The position numbers and the translations under genes are program-made. This document shows, piece by piece, positions 51,570 through 64,000 of a stretch of 64,000 nucleotides of DNA. The first letter of the stretch is position 1, and every line of letters starts with the position of its first letter. The notes below the pieces were generated by a model that saw only the letters and a program-made list of their open reading frames with translations, made no database searches and was not told where the DNA came from. The DNA comes from Spironucleus salmonicida (taxonomy: Eukaryota): the NCBI RefSeq assembly GCF_000497125.1, contig NC_090602.1:62001-126000 (forward strand). Direction: 5' to 3'.

Positions 51570-54500
51570 ATGGTTAGTAATAAACCAATTAAAAAGAAAG
51601 GCAAGAATGTAGCATTACTAGTCTAGTAACAACCGCAAAAAGTGGAAATAAATTTCTATGATCCCCTTAATGCAAAGAATAACCTCATATCATCGTGTAA
51701 GTATCGCTGGTGGAACTTTATCTTTTTGTTTTTGTATTAACAATACTAAAAACCATCCAATGTTTTTTATCTTGTCTAAGCTATGTCAAATTTAATTCCT
51801 GGAGCTGCAGTAGTAACACCAGCTACTGCATTTCTCCCTGTAATTTTTGTTTTACTTATAGCGGCTGCACGAGAAATTTTAGAAGATCTTGGTAGATATA
51901 AAGCTGACAAATAAGCAAACTCATAAATGTACAAAATAATGCGCGATGGTCAACAAGTATAAATATGCAGCTCAGATATAAAACAGGGTGATATTTTGTT
52001 CCTCATGAATACACAGGAAGTCCCAGCAGACTCTGTGCTCCTGTACTCTTATGATGAGTCTCGCATAGGCTTTATCAGCACTGCTTCTCTGGATGGAGAG
52101 TCGAATTTGAAAATAAGAAATCAGGTTCTCCCCTTTACTTTGATCAGCAAGGCACACGATGACGTTGCATAGGTTTTCTCTAACTTCTTCGGTCGGGTAA
52201 CTGTCCAGCCGCCCAGCAATGATATGCACAAATTTAATGGAAAGCTGTTTGTTTCCTAGGACGTTCCCGTCAAGGATATTTAGTCAAATACCGATTCAAA
52301 CTAGCACATTACGGATTAAAATAATCTACATTTTGAGTATGATATAAATTTCTAGATGGATAATGTACTACTAAGAGGTGTTCGAATTTAAAATACTCAA
52401 GAGGTGATTGCTGCTGTAGTATATACTGCTAAGGATACCAGACTCATGCAGAACCAGCTTCCATCCAAGAATAAAACTTCTAGACTAGATACACGAATCA
52501 ATTTTCTTATTCTGCTTATAACTATTTTGGCATTATGCCTCATAGTTTCATTTGCAGTTATTGGATATACCGTTAATTTTGATGGATTTGCATATTCGGC
52601 AGAAACCAATGGGCCAATTAAAGCAGGATAAAGATTTGTTTAATATCTTATTATTTGTTCGTATCTACTTCCAATCTCTCTTTTTGTCACTATTGAAGTC
52701 GTAAGATTCCTATAATCTATTCTCATCGACCTGGACAAGAAACTTCGACGGAAGGATATTCTCGAGTGGTAGGAGCGCAACGTGGGCACGCCCATCTCGA
52801 AGTCCCCGTTCTACAACGAGAGCGCGGTACAGCACAGCGTGCAGGTCCGGAACTCGATCGCGGTCGAGAACTTGGCGGAGGTGGACATCATATTCTCAGA
52901 CAAGACGGGAACGCTCACGAAGAACCAGATGACCTTCCACTCCTTCATCGACAAGAGGAACACCGTGTACGACGTGAGCAAGGCGATGAAGAACAAGGTC
53001 TGCCCCATCAAGGACATCGACCAGGCCGCCAAGTTTTCGTTCGCCCTCTGCAACACCGTGCTGCCCCAGATCGAGAACAACGCCATCGTGTACCAGGCGG
53101 AGTCCCCCGACGAAATCTCCTTCGTGGAGGTCGCGAACCACTTCGGGCTGCAGTTCAAGCTGAAGCACTCCAAGGCCATCTTCTTCGAGTACAACTACCA
53201 GGGCAAGACCATCAGCCTCCAGTACGAGGTCCTCGCCGTGGTGCCCTTCTCCTCGGCCCGCAAGAAGATGTCCATCGTGCTCCGCGAAATCGGGTCCGTG
53301 CTGCTCTCCGACCTCACCGCCTTCAGCCAGTTCGTCTCCGCCGGCGCCGTCTACTGCACCCCGCAGGAGATCGCCCTGCCCGGCGAGACCTTCGTGCTGT
53401 CCAAGGGCGCCGACTCCTTCATCATGCCCTACATGGACATCTACCAGGCGCCCGAGTTCTACGCCCAGGTCCAGGTCAACGTGGACAACTTCTCCAAGTT
53501 CGGCCTCCGCACCCTCGCCTTCGGCTCCAAGCGTCTGGGGGGCGCATGCCAGTGGCTCGAGCAGTGGGACCAGGTCAAGCTCCTGCCCGAGGAGGACGGC
53601 CGCTACGAGGCGCTCACGGGCGAGCTGGAGCGGGACCTCGTCTTCCAGTGCGTGTCCGCGATCGAGGACGAGCTGCAGGACGACCTCCAGGAAACCCTGA
53701 CCTCGCTCCTCGCGGCCGGTATCAAGGTTTGGATGCTGACCGGCGACAAGACGCTGACGGCTGTCAACATTGCCAAGGCTGCCGGCCTCGCGCAGGCGGA
53801 CAGCCAGTTCATCTACCTCACCGCCGAGGCCTACGCCGACGCCGTGAAGGGGGCGACGCAGAACACACAGAAGCAGCAGGAGAAGCAAACGCTCAACCAG
53901 CTGATCGACCACGGCGTCCAGCTGCAGACGGAGCACCTAACCGAGGCCCAGAAGAAGGGCTACTTCGCCCAGCTGGCCATGCTGTACGAGATCACGACCA
54001 AGAACGAGTCCAAGGTCATGTCCTACATGAAGTCCATCTTCAACAAGCAGGTCGTCCAGGAGGAGACCGTGCCCATCACCGTCGTCCTGGACACCGACAT
54101 GTTCAAGCTCCTCATCAAGCACAACCTCCAGTACAAGTTCTTCCACATCGCCGTCTTCTGCAGCTCGGTGGTCTGCTGCCGGCTCTCGCCCCAGGAGAAG
54201 GCGCTCATCGTCAACCTGGCGCATCAGTACAAGCCCTACCTCACCACGCTCTCCATAGGGGACGGCGCCAACGACGTCGTCATGATCAAGACAGCGCAGA
54301 TCGGCGTGGGCGTTGCCGGGCGCGAGGGCCTCCACGCCTGCAACTCGGCGGATATCTCCATCCCCCAGTTCTCCTTCCTCAAGCGCGTGATCTTCGTCCA
54401 CGGCCGCATCAGCCACTTCCGAAACTCCCAGCTCGTCGACTACTGCATCTACAAAAACTCCATGCTCACCTTCGTCAACCTCACCTACGCCTTCTTCAGC

Positions 54501-55202
54501 AAGGTTTCAGGAAATATAGTCACTGAAAGCCTATTACTCATGGTTTTCAATACTTTTATGACATTTATTCCTATTACAGGATATTCTCTGATGGAAAAAG
54601 ATGCATATGATATAGACTTAATGAATTATCCCCAGGGGCTTAAATATTTTAACAAAAAATATAGTCCTAACATTTATTCTGTAATAAGTAGTTTATTATA
54701 TAGTTTTATTTGCAGTTAGATTGTATTTCATATGCTGATGTTTATATATAACTATGGAATAGTATATAATAACGGATTTAACGGCGATCTTTACACCTTC
54801 TAGTTATGGATAATGGGTTCTATTTGTATTATTGCTATTATAAGAGTTTATATTATAACATAATTTTGGAATTGGTTTGTTTTTATTCTTTTGATTTTTT
54901 CATTTATAGTTTTTTGGATATGTTATCTGATTGGTAACTATTTCACAGGATTTGGAATTGGCTTATATGGTTAATTATATTTAATAGCTAATTCACTATC
55001 ACGTATAATTACCTTTATTTTAGCCACATTTATATCTACTTTAATAGGATTTTTAGGATAAGCTATATAAAGGATATGGTTACCATATAATAGTGACATT
55101 TTATTGCATAAGCATTAAAAGGATTGCAAGAAAATGGATGAATTAAACTTAGATTCAATTGATTTAAAATATGATTATGCCTTGAAGCTTATTAATTAGT
55201 GA
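51570..55202 (+). CDS. P4-type ATPase (phospholipid flippase)
   Basis: PADSVLL, SLDGESNLK, PISLFV, DKTGTLT, KGAD, TGDK, GDGAND, YKN; multi-TM layout; AGTGA end. Confidence 0.95.
52720..54505. other. Sharply bounded GC-rich island inside the P4-ATPase CDS
   Basis: Line 53581-53640 has 45/60 G+C versus 13/60 at 54661-54720; third codon positions almost all G/C. Confidence 0.95.
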
Positions 55203-56556
55203 TAATAAATTATTTATCGATTATGTATATTAATTCAAAAATATTTTACTAAACCAAATATTAACCACTATGTTGTTAACTTGTAAACAAATGCTAAAGT
55301 TTCAACGTAAATAATTTAGTTTCCTTGGATTAATTAAAATTGATAATTTTAATAATTAATAATAATTTATGTTTCGATATTATTATTTATAAGATTTAAT
55401 TATTATTATTATATGTTATATGCCTAATAGATATAATTAAATTCTTATTTCAATTTATAGTGATGTATGATTTAGGTATCCCTATTAACAGTAATATTTA
55501 TTATAAATTTCAAGTATTATAACAAGTTTAAACAAAAAACTAGATAAATGCTCTGCATAATAATATAAAGTATTAAATATATAGTTTAATAATACTGTTT
55601 AGCTTAAATACGTAATATATTTAATTATATTTTTATTTTTCTTATGAATTATAATTAAATAGTTTAATACTATCCAAGATTGAATCATTAATGAATTTAG
55701 TTTAGTTAGTTACTGCTATCTGATAGAGCTAATACCAGACTTAAATTATACAACTGTTTAAAGAAAGAGTCAACTGTTTTTTAGAATTTTTTATATAAAA
55801 TTTAAAATTATGCACATATACTAGTCAAATATTAAAATAATTATGACATATATTTGAATATTAATTAATATATTATTTCCCCCTCAGTTAGGTAATTCGA
55901 TGAATCAGTTAAATATATTTTCTTTTATTAATAGTAAAATATCTTTTCCTTACAACATAAAAATAATCAAGGGTATCTGAGCAATGTTAATTTTATTATT
56001 TGATAGCTAGATAAATATCAACAAATGATAGCCTTTGTTATCTACTTATTTTTTAATAATGTATACAAGTATTGGCACCTATCACTAACTAAAATTTCTC
56101 TAGAATCTTTATCATAAATATATAAAATTTATTAACAAATGTATGATACATTCTAAGAAACAATATTTATATATCAATCTAAAGTGATTTCTGCTTTATT
56201 TTATTAGAACATTGCATATAAATATATTAGTCAAGCAAATTTAAAATAGAATAGCTATTTTTTCACAGACACAATTATAAATAATACATACTAATTTCTA
56301 TAAATTGAGTTAATTATTATCTTGTTTGAAAGCCTAAAGTTGATTATTCATTTATATAAAAGCTCTTAACATACTTGAACCCAACGTTTGCCATTACTTA
56401 CAATATAACCCATAAAATTAGGTCAATAATTACTATTGTAAGTATTTATATTTTATAGCTTACCTCTATATCAAATACAATTCCAAATCCTTAATTTTCA
56501 ATATCTAGAATACTCAATATAAATTAGTGATGAATTAAATATATTTTATAAAATAA

Positions 56557-56628
56557 GGGAAATTGGTCTAGTGGTATGATTCTCGATTCGGGTTCGAGAG
56601 GTCTCGGGTTCAATTCCCGAATTTCCCC
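56557..56628 (+). tRNA. tRNA-Pro (anticodon CGG)
   Basis: Acceptor GGGAAAT/ATTTCCC, D arm TGGTCTAGTGGTATGA, anticodon arm CTCGA-TT-CGG-GT-TCGAG, T-loop GGTTCAATTCC. Confidence 0.95.
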
Positions 56629-56687
56629 ATTTTATTTTTTATTTTGAAATATGAATATTATACTATTGTGAATATTCTATTTTAAGA

Positions 56688-57548
56688 ATGAACAGGAAAT
56701 CGCTCTCGTAACAGCCCTCCCAGGTCCTACACATAACCCAAGCGATTTAAACGCTAATTACAGTTCTCCCATAACTAAAATTTAACCCAACGACCCTCGC
56801 TGAGCAGAAACTCTACGAAAAGTATCAGAATCAGATTTAGCATAAACTATCAGTAATCAAAAATGCAGCGCTCACTTCCCCCGCGAAGACAAAGTTCCAG
56901 TTCCTGCAGCTTCCACACTATCTGGACACGCTCGTTGCGTCGCTCACCAACAACGCTAGAACGGGGTCGCTGGCGCTCCAAATTCTGCAGATCCACGCGC
57001 TAGACTCGCAGCTTGCGGACCACGGGATTCTGCTGCACCAAAACCTTACCGGGAACCTCAAAAACGTCTTTGTGGGATGCCCCGAGACGCAGCGCAAAAT
57101 CGTCGTTTTGATCAGTCAGCTAGCGGCCTCGAACTACAATTTGAAGGTGCTTTTGTATGACGAAAATGTCGTTTTCATTTTGCAAAATTCGCTGCGCTGC
57201 GAGGTCGCCCCTGAGGAGTTCCAGGGCCTGTTCGAGTGCTGGAGCCGGACTGTTCAGGCCCTGGTACAGTTCGAGCGCGAGATTGCGCACATGCTGTTTT
57301 CTGATGTTTTGATAGATTTTGTGTGCAGTTGCAATGATGAAGAATACGTATAATAATGCATTTAAATTCTTTGGGAATTTTATTAGGAAAATAATATTTT
57401 TGAGGAGGAAATTTTGTAAATATAAAGGATAGTGGAGGCCGTTCAAGGTTGGGATAATGAGGTAATTTAGGCGTTCATTGGATACGTTTCTGGTCTGATT
57501 GCAGAATTTGTTGAGGATGATTTAGAACAAATCCAACTTTTCGTCTGA
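56688..57548 (+). CDS. Hypothetical helical-repeat (ARM-like) protein with GC-rich core
   Basis: 286-aa code-6 ORF, Leu-rich amphipathic helices. Confidence 0.65.
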
Positions 57549-57612
57549 GTAACTGATATTATATTATTATATACTTTATAGTAAAAGTTGCTTCCCTTTC
57601 GAAATTTTGAGA

Positions 57613-57993
57613 ATGCTTCCTAAAAACGTAGTTGCATAAGAAGTTTTACCTGATGATTAACAGAGAATTAATGCATTTTCAAGATTTCATATGAGATATA
57701 ATAACCTTAAAAACTAGATAAATAGTTTGAAAAAAGCTTCAGATGATTTAGAATCTGCTAATATCGCAGTTATGGATTCAGATGACTTAGTATTTATTCG
57801 CTTAGGAACTGGTTTCCTTCCATTGGAATCTTTAGAAGTAGATGATCTATTAGAATAGAGGAAGACAGTAATTTAGGAAGAAATGGACACCATAGTAGTT
57901 TAGATGGAGAAATTAGCTGGATTGATGGATTAAAGTAGAACTATATTAGAAAGAAAGTTTGGATAGGCTATCAATCTCGTTTATGAAAAGTGA
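57613..57993 (+). CDS. PFDN4: Prefoldin subunit 4
   Basis: EVLPDDQQRINAFSR...IRLGTGF...LERKFGQAINL. Confidence 0.85.
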
Positions 57994-58001
57994 GGAACTC
58001 G

Positions 58002-58577
58002 TCAAATCACTTTAAGTGTTTTCAGTATTTTCGTGAGCTGATAAACGGGCAAACCAACTACAGAATAGTAGTCACCGTTAATTCCTTCTATAAATTTAGC
58101 TGATAAACCCTGATATCCGTATGCTCCTGCTTTATCCTTCCAATAGTCGGTTTTAATATATTCATCAATATCTTCATCCGTGTAATCACCAAAGTGTATT
58201 TCAGCTTCTCCGATTGCTGTATGAATCTCATTTTAGTAATAAATAGCGATAGCAGAATAAACATAATGAGATTTATTCCTAAATGCTTTCATATAGTATA
58301 TTGCTTTTTCAGAATCCTCAGTTTTTTCAAACAATTCGTTACCCATAACTACAATTGTGTCACAACCAATAACCAAATGATTTGGGTATTTGTGAGCTAT
58401 AGGAGTTGCTTTTACAATTGCTTTTTGTAATACGAAGTCCTTTGGATTTGGATGATTAGATTATGTTATAATATCTTCATCTGCAGTGGAAACTATCTAA
58501 GAGAACTTAATATTAAGTTACTAAAGTAGTTCACAACGTCTAGGAGACTATGAGGCAAGAATAATAGTTTCTATCAT
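58002..58577 (-). CDS. Maf/YhdE-family nucleotide pyrophosphatase
   Basis: IILASQSPRRCELL, IGCDTIV, DKAGAYGYQG, VVGLP. Confidence 0.9.
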
Positions 58578-58786
58578 TTTAAGTGTATGTAGATAAAAAA
58601 GGTATAAGATTGATAAATAGGTAAAGTTTAGAATGGAGTAATTTCAATAATAATATAATATAATAATTATTACTTAGGGTATTTCTATGATATCTTTATA
58701 ATGTTCATAATAAATATAAAACAAAAATAGAAATTTTAGCTCGTTATTTAGTTATATAGAATAATTTTAAAAAGGTAGTTTTAAAA

Positions 58787-59128
58787 ATGAAACTAAAATA
58801 TTCTAATTTCTCTGCACCCTCACAAAAGTAACTACGATGCTCAAATTATAGCATGTCATAAAAATGTGTCACTGATAGTGAAGGATTATCCTAGGATTCA
58901 ATTTTAATGACAGATTCAGATTCGTGTAGTATGTTTGAAGCATAGGAAACATATTTATTAAACTAATAATTATTGCACACTCTTATTAAGAATATAAAGT
59001 TAAAGGATAAGTTTTTATAAGAATGTTCTCATAAAGTAAAATAACTGGACAATCTATCTATTCATTATTAGAAAAAGTTAATTCAGTTAGGCGGTAACAT
59101 ATACCATTAGAAATAACAAATTAAGTGA
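58787..59128 (+). CDS. Small hypothetical protein (113 aa)
   Basis: Fully translated ORF ending AAG-TGA. Confidence 0.5.
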
Positions 59129-59141
59129 ATTTACAAGAATT

Positions 59142-60653
59142 TCAGATAATACCCCATAGGCAATCATCAGCGTCTAAAATTTCAGGTACAGCATCAAAAA
59201 ACACTGGATTTGGCATAGGACAGACAAGTCTATATATATCTTTATTATTATCTAAATACTTTATATCTTTTCTGATTTATTTAATCTAGCTGGCCATTAA
59301 CAAACCTTTAATCACGTTATCTTTTGTTAAAATATTGTATATTGCTTATTCAACCGTATCTGCCGAGATCTGTAAATTATTAATTAAAAATACAGATTAG
59401 TTTAATAACCCCTCTATACCTGTTTATACTTTAATCTTATTCTAAATCAACTATTTTAAGCTGAAAATAGTGAATACTGCGTTTTATATAGCACCGTTAG
59501 TTCTTTTAATTTTATATTTTTAAAAACTAAATTAACGTGAAACTAAAGATAGTGAAAAATGAAGTGAAATAATATTATTGTATTGTATCAAAATTGGTTC
59601 TCTAATAGAATTAAGGGTAAACAACAAATTTTGTAAGTTCTAAGGGTCAAAAGGACGTGGACGTTCACTATACTGTTTTGTAATATTAATAAGATCTGAA
59701 AGGCATTTTAAATAAACTGTCACTTTTTTAAAGCTAATTTTTATTTCATTAGGGAAAGGTTTTGATGGTGAAAGATAGAAAAATGGCTATAGATAAAAAC
59801 CATCGGAAGTATTTGAATGCTGTAAATAGAAGTTTTTAATGATGTCAATTGATTATTATATATTACTATTCAATATATTTTGATGTTATTTAAATGCTTT
59901 AAGAATAACTTTACGCACACTTCCTTTAGGAATTACGATTGAATTATCATAAATAGAATATATATCATCTAAATGTTGAGCCTGACCACTTTAAACTTAA
60001 GATACTTCATTATGACAATCAATCTTACTTTATTTGATTTATTATATAACTGCTTGATCTCCATCAGCAAATACCGATGCCATATATTCACAATGTTCTA
60101 AACGAGAGTTAATATCTAATAATAAATAACTTCTAACTCCTTCATCTAATTAAGACAAACTTATAGCTGATGATGCACGTTAAAATGCCTCGACAGCATC
60201 AAAAAATTCATCATTCTCTTAATGATTAATGCCAATTGTAGAGTTAAGTAAGGCATAAGATTAAAGCTAAGTGAAAGGGGTAGCATGTGATTTAGAAAGA
60301 GCATATAAGGTTTAGTATCTTTCTATAGCACGATTATAACGATTATTTACTCTTCTTCTATGTTTGAGAGCACCTGTATCTTATGCTATTAAATTCATTT
60401 CGTTTGCTGTTGCTATAGACCTCTCAGCTTCTACTGCAATTAATTCTAAAAGTTTTTCAGAGAATATAACCATGGTATCGCCAGTTTTATAGAAAAAAGG
60501 AGCGGATTAGTTACGATGGTGGGGAGCTACTATCTTTCTAAGATTTGGTAACTATGCAGATAATTACGATCTATATTTCTTGTAATTTGATTCATTGAAG
60601 CCAAATGTATTACGAAGCCTTGCAATTTATGAAAGTAGATCTACTTAGAGCAT
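59142..60653 (-). CDS. SRP68: Signal recognition particle subunit SRP68
   Basis: LRNTFGF...NYKKYRSQLSAQLPNLRK, EAERS, C-terminal PMPNPVFFDA (SRP72-binding-type motif). Confidence 0.8.
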
Positions 60654-60786
60654 GTGGAATGGCGTTAATTAAATTTAACAAGTATTTTAATATATAATAC
60701 TGAGATTTACTAAAAATTAATTATATTAATTTTAATCTACTTCAATACTTATAAACAATACAATACAATCAGGATAAGTAGATTAA

Positions 60787-61128
60787 ATGTCTTTTTACAA
60801 AATTTCAGAAAAAAATCGAATTATAGAGCTTGAAATGTAAAGAAAGCAAAGACCTCTTTATCATCCAGTTTTGCACTCGCTTCATCCAAAATCAAATGAA
60901 AATAGAACAGATCATCAAGTTCACGCTTTCGATGAATATTGGCGGAATCAATTAGACAAACCTATCAAGTTCAATTTAGATCCAAAAATTAAATCAAAAG
61001 CCTATGAGGCTGAACAAGCTAAATTAATGTAGTAGAATATTAAGTCAGTAGAACTGCTTAATGCTGTTTATGACGAGATCAGTGATGATACTCCGCAGAA
61101 TGTTGACAAGAAAGGAAAGAAAAAGTGA
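60787..61128 (+). CDS. Small hypothetical protein (113 aa)
   Basis: MSFYKISE...KKGKKK*, AGTGA end. Confidence 0.6.
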
Positions 61129-61129
61129 G

Positions 61130-61474
61130 TCATTGGTCTTTTAAAAAATTTGTAACGTAAATTATTTATTTTTTTAAAGTGATAAAATTAAGTTACCGTT
61201 GAAAATTAATTTAGTCCACCACTATTAGTAAATTTTGCAGCTCTTAAAGAGACTACTTGACTCTTTCAGCAAAATATTCCTATTTTGTACTAAAAATATT
61301 ACTCAAATCTGATGATTCTTCATCTAAAATCTGCTCCTATGACTTGCTTTTCAAAATTATTCTAGGTGAATATTTATTTTTTCTACATGAATTTGGCTGG
61401 TTTAATAAACCCAAAGATGTTTGAAGTACTTTTAAATTAATTTGCGGTATTGGTGGCAATATTTACTTTATCAT
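61130..61474 (-). CDS. Small hypothetical protein (114 aa)
   Basis: MIKQILPPIPQ...FLKDQ*. Confidence 0.5.
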
Positions 61475-61541
61475 TTCTATAAAATTAATTATCATACAAT
61501 ATAAGGTTAATAGTATAAAAAGTAAAATTAGAATCAAAAAA

Positions 61542-62723
61542 ATGCAAAGTTGTTGGAAGAACAAAAAGAAAACTGAATACCGTGACGATATTATTTAGGA
61601 GTAGTAAGTAATAATAAAATAGGAAGCAATACCAGTTATTTAATTAACTGCTCCTCTATAGCGTTAAATTCGTACGACAAATTAGAGATATACCACTCTT
61701 TCTGAAGAATAGTTAATAGAACGTCTCAGAAAGTAAAAATTGTCGTTATAACGAGAAAATATATAGTAATCAAAACAAATAGAACATTTATAAAAGGCGC
61801 TTTAACAATAAGGAAATTTTTTTATTAAAAGAACAGAACGAACACGTAGAGAAAATGTTGAATTATAAAAATCTGTGAATATATTATAATAATCAATCTT
61901 GACGAACACTATTGTTAATAATTCTTTAATAATTTCTAAGTTAGATAATTCTGAATATCAGTCCTCACAAATCAATAGGTATAATCCATATTTAGAGAAA
62001 GAAATTAACCAAATCTCTTAAATACACACGAATTTATCTACTATATCTAATGATAGTGATTAAGGATTAAAGTTAATTGAATTATCTACTCCTATTAAAT
62101 AACCTAGCCCAGCAAGACCCTCGCATATTATTAATGAGTTACCGCCAAGGGTAGATCAGATATCATAATGTTCTTTAAAATCTGAGTAGATAGATGAAAA
62201 ATAAAATATTAATCTCTAGGTAGTATAAGAAAATCCGTGTTTATATTTGTAGATATTTGAGTATTTAATTGATAAACCCATTGAATTTTTTAAGATTCAA
62301 TTTAACTAGGTAGGTGAGAAAGTGGTCTAGCAGCCATCAGAATAATTATAAAATTCTGTTTAATATATTTCTTCAGCTTAACAGTAATGTCACTAAGAAG
62401 AAAAAAAAGAAGATATTTTTGATTTTGAAATACATGAAATAATTGTGATGCCTTAATTATAAAATGAACTAATAATACTAGATGGCCAATAGGAGAAATT
62501 TTATCAGGATTAAGAATATAGTAGATAGTCACATGAGATTATTTAAGCTTGCAAGTCATCTAATCAAAATATTAATAAAGAAGAAACTAATGATGATTTA
62601 TATTAAGAGGAATTGAATAAAGAGAAGAATTATGGTTCGTTTTCCCAACCAATAGAAATCCCGTCGATAACGACTCCGTCTAAATTAGGAAGAATCGAAT
62701 TAAAACATTTGAATATAGAGTGA
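61542..62723 (+). CDS. Hypothetical coiled-coil / low-complexity protein
   Basis: ATG and TGA (AGTGA) share a frame. Confidence 0.55.
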
Positions 62724-62754
62724 ATTATATTACTAGTTTTAATATGACAAAACC

Positions 62755-64000
62755 TCACTTCGTTCCTGATCTATAATTAAATGATTAAGAGCCTGCACCA
62801 ACTTAACCTTTGGGAGTAAGAGTATTATTATTGAGTTATAATCCACTCCTACTAGGAGGTGGGGCATCCCGAATAGAAGTCATAAATTTATTACTCTATG
62901 CTAAAGTAGAACGAACAACTGTGCTTTAACTAAATGTAGCAGGTCTAGTAGAGGATAGTTCTTTTGTTTGGCTTAAAAGACCTTGTACTTATACAGTACC
63001 TCCATTAATATTTGATCCATGACCATGCTTTTTGTCATTTTTCCACATCCCTTCGTATATAGAATTATCCGCATAACGACAGATACCCATTCCATCTCTA
63101 ACATCATTCTTAAATTCGCCGGTATATTCACTTCCATCATTATATCTATAAATACCTCTCCCATGTTTCAAATTATTAAAGAATTAGCCTTCATATTTTC
63201 CTCCTGTTGACTCTTCTAAAATACCATGCCCCTATCTACATCCATCTCTAAATTCTCCTCTATAGATATCTCCACTAGGATATCTACAAACACCTCGACC
63301 GTTTCTTTTATCGTTTGCATATGTTCCAGTAAAACTTTCACCAGATGATAAAATATCTGTGCCCTCTCCGTGACGCATTCCTTAACAGAACTCACCAGAG
63401 TATCTAGTTCCATCGGATAGTTAAATGTTACCTTATCCATGGGCCATACCATTTTTAAATGATCCTTCATATACACTAGAATCTGGAAATTCAACTCTTA
63501 CCTTTTTAGAATCAATTTCATCATTTCTATACTCAGAAATCCACTTTTAACCATCAATTAGAGTCAGAACTCCTTAACCATGTCTCATGTCTCTTGTCCA
63601 CTATCCATCATATAATGATCCGTCAGCATATCTCATAACACCATTTCCTGCTCTTTCATCATCACACCAGATACCTGTATAAACAGGTTATGCTTAATCA
63701 TTGGGTTACTAAGGATAGGTCATGCTACCTTTACCATTACGTTTATCATCAACCCATTCACCCGTATATGTAGCTTATCCATCCACCATAGTACCTGTGC
63801 CATGTCTACGACAATTTTTAAACTCTCCTTAATACACTGATTAGTTAGAAAAAGTAAGAGTTCCCCTTCCTTCCATTGCGCCCTATTTCCATGACCCATC
63901 ATAAGAGCTACCATCGGTAAACTAACAATACCCATGACCATTTGGCAAGCCTTCATTAAAATCACCTTCATATAATTCACCTGTCGCATATTGCAATTTT
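62755..64000 (-). CDS. MORN-repeat protein (5' end outside the window)
   Basis: Many YxGxW/F-x2-D/G-x2-HGxG repeats, e.g. YTGEFKNDVRDGMG and YEGMWKNDKKHGHG. Confidence 0.93.

Noticed and set aside
52720-54505. GC island as an inserted foreign gene, intein or mobile element
   Set aside because: It is in frame and supplies the normal N and P domains of the host ATPase. No terminal repeats, target duplication or extra domain seen.
52766-54526. 586-aa alternative-frame ORF and the antisense ORFs (52811-53194, 52896-53936, 53937-54416) in the GC island
   Set aside because: Shadow ORFs: saturated GC3 removes stops from other frames. The products are Arg/Pro/Gly/His-rich or otherwise unrecognisable, while the main frame carries every P-type ATPase motif.
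55203-56550. AT-rich gap: possible pseudogene, or a C/D snoRNA near 55880-55982
   Set aside because: Short broken ORFs only; the C box is a poor match and no guide target is recognisable.
1-64000. Pseudogenes implied by frequent in-frame TAA/TAG; spliceosomal introns; CRISPR arrays; transposases
   Set aside because: TAA/TAG are Gln codons. The recognised genes read through without needing introns, and I saw no convincing GTATGT...CTAAC...AG pair, repeat-spacer array or transposase motif by eye.

Overview
Gene-dense, apparently intron-free, very AT-rich eukaryotic DNA that uses the alternative nuclear code in which TAA/TAG = Gln and TGA is the only stop (translation table 6). This is why the supplied standard-code ORF track shows only fragments. 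The code, the compactness, the AGTGA motif overlapping most stop codons, the C-rich motif before ATGs and the gene set point to a hexamitine diplomonad, most likely Spironucleus salmonicida or a close relative (inference). Reading by hand in code 6 gives about 50 CDSs, including LCAT, ABHD17, a kinase, ELP3, myotubularin, STT3, SF-assemblin, Elf1, an ankyrin protein, a TRF4-like enzyme, a SUI1-like protein, RPS29, an XPD-like helicase, an MPN protein, two PP2Cs, TTC1, CTU2-like, La, a P4-ATPase, PFDN4, Maf, SRP68 and a MORN protein, plus tRNA-Arg(UCG) and tRNA-Pro(CGG). Main oddities: (1) a sharply bounded ~1.8-kb GC island that recodes only the cytoplasmic N/P domains of the P4-ATPase and lacks TAA/TAG; (2) smaller intragenic GC peaks with C-to-G strand-skew inversions; (3) a 38-aa OST4-like micro-protein; (4) a WRKY/GCM1-type zinc-finger protein; (5) an isolated intergenic 15-bp perfect hairpin; (6) many convergent genes whose stops almost touch. 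Coordinates were derived by hand. For the longest hypothetical ORFs I checked only that start and stop share a frame and spot-checked the interior.
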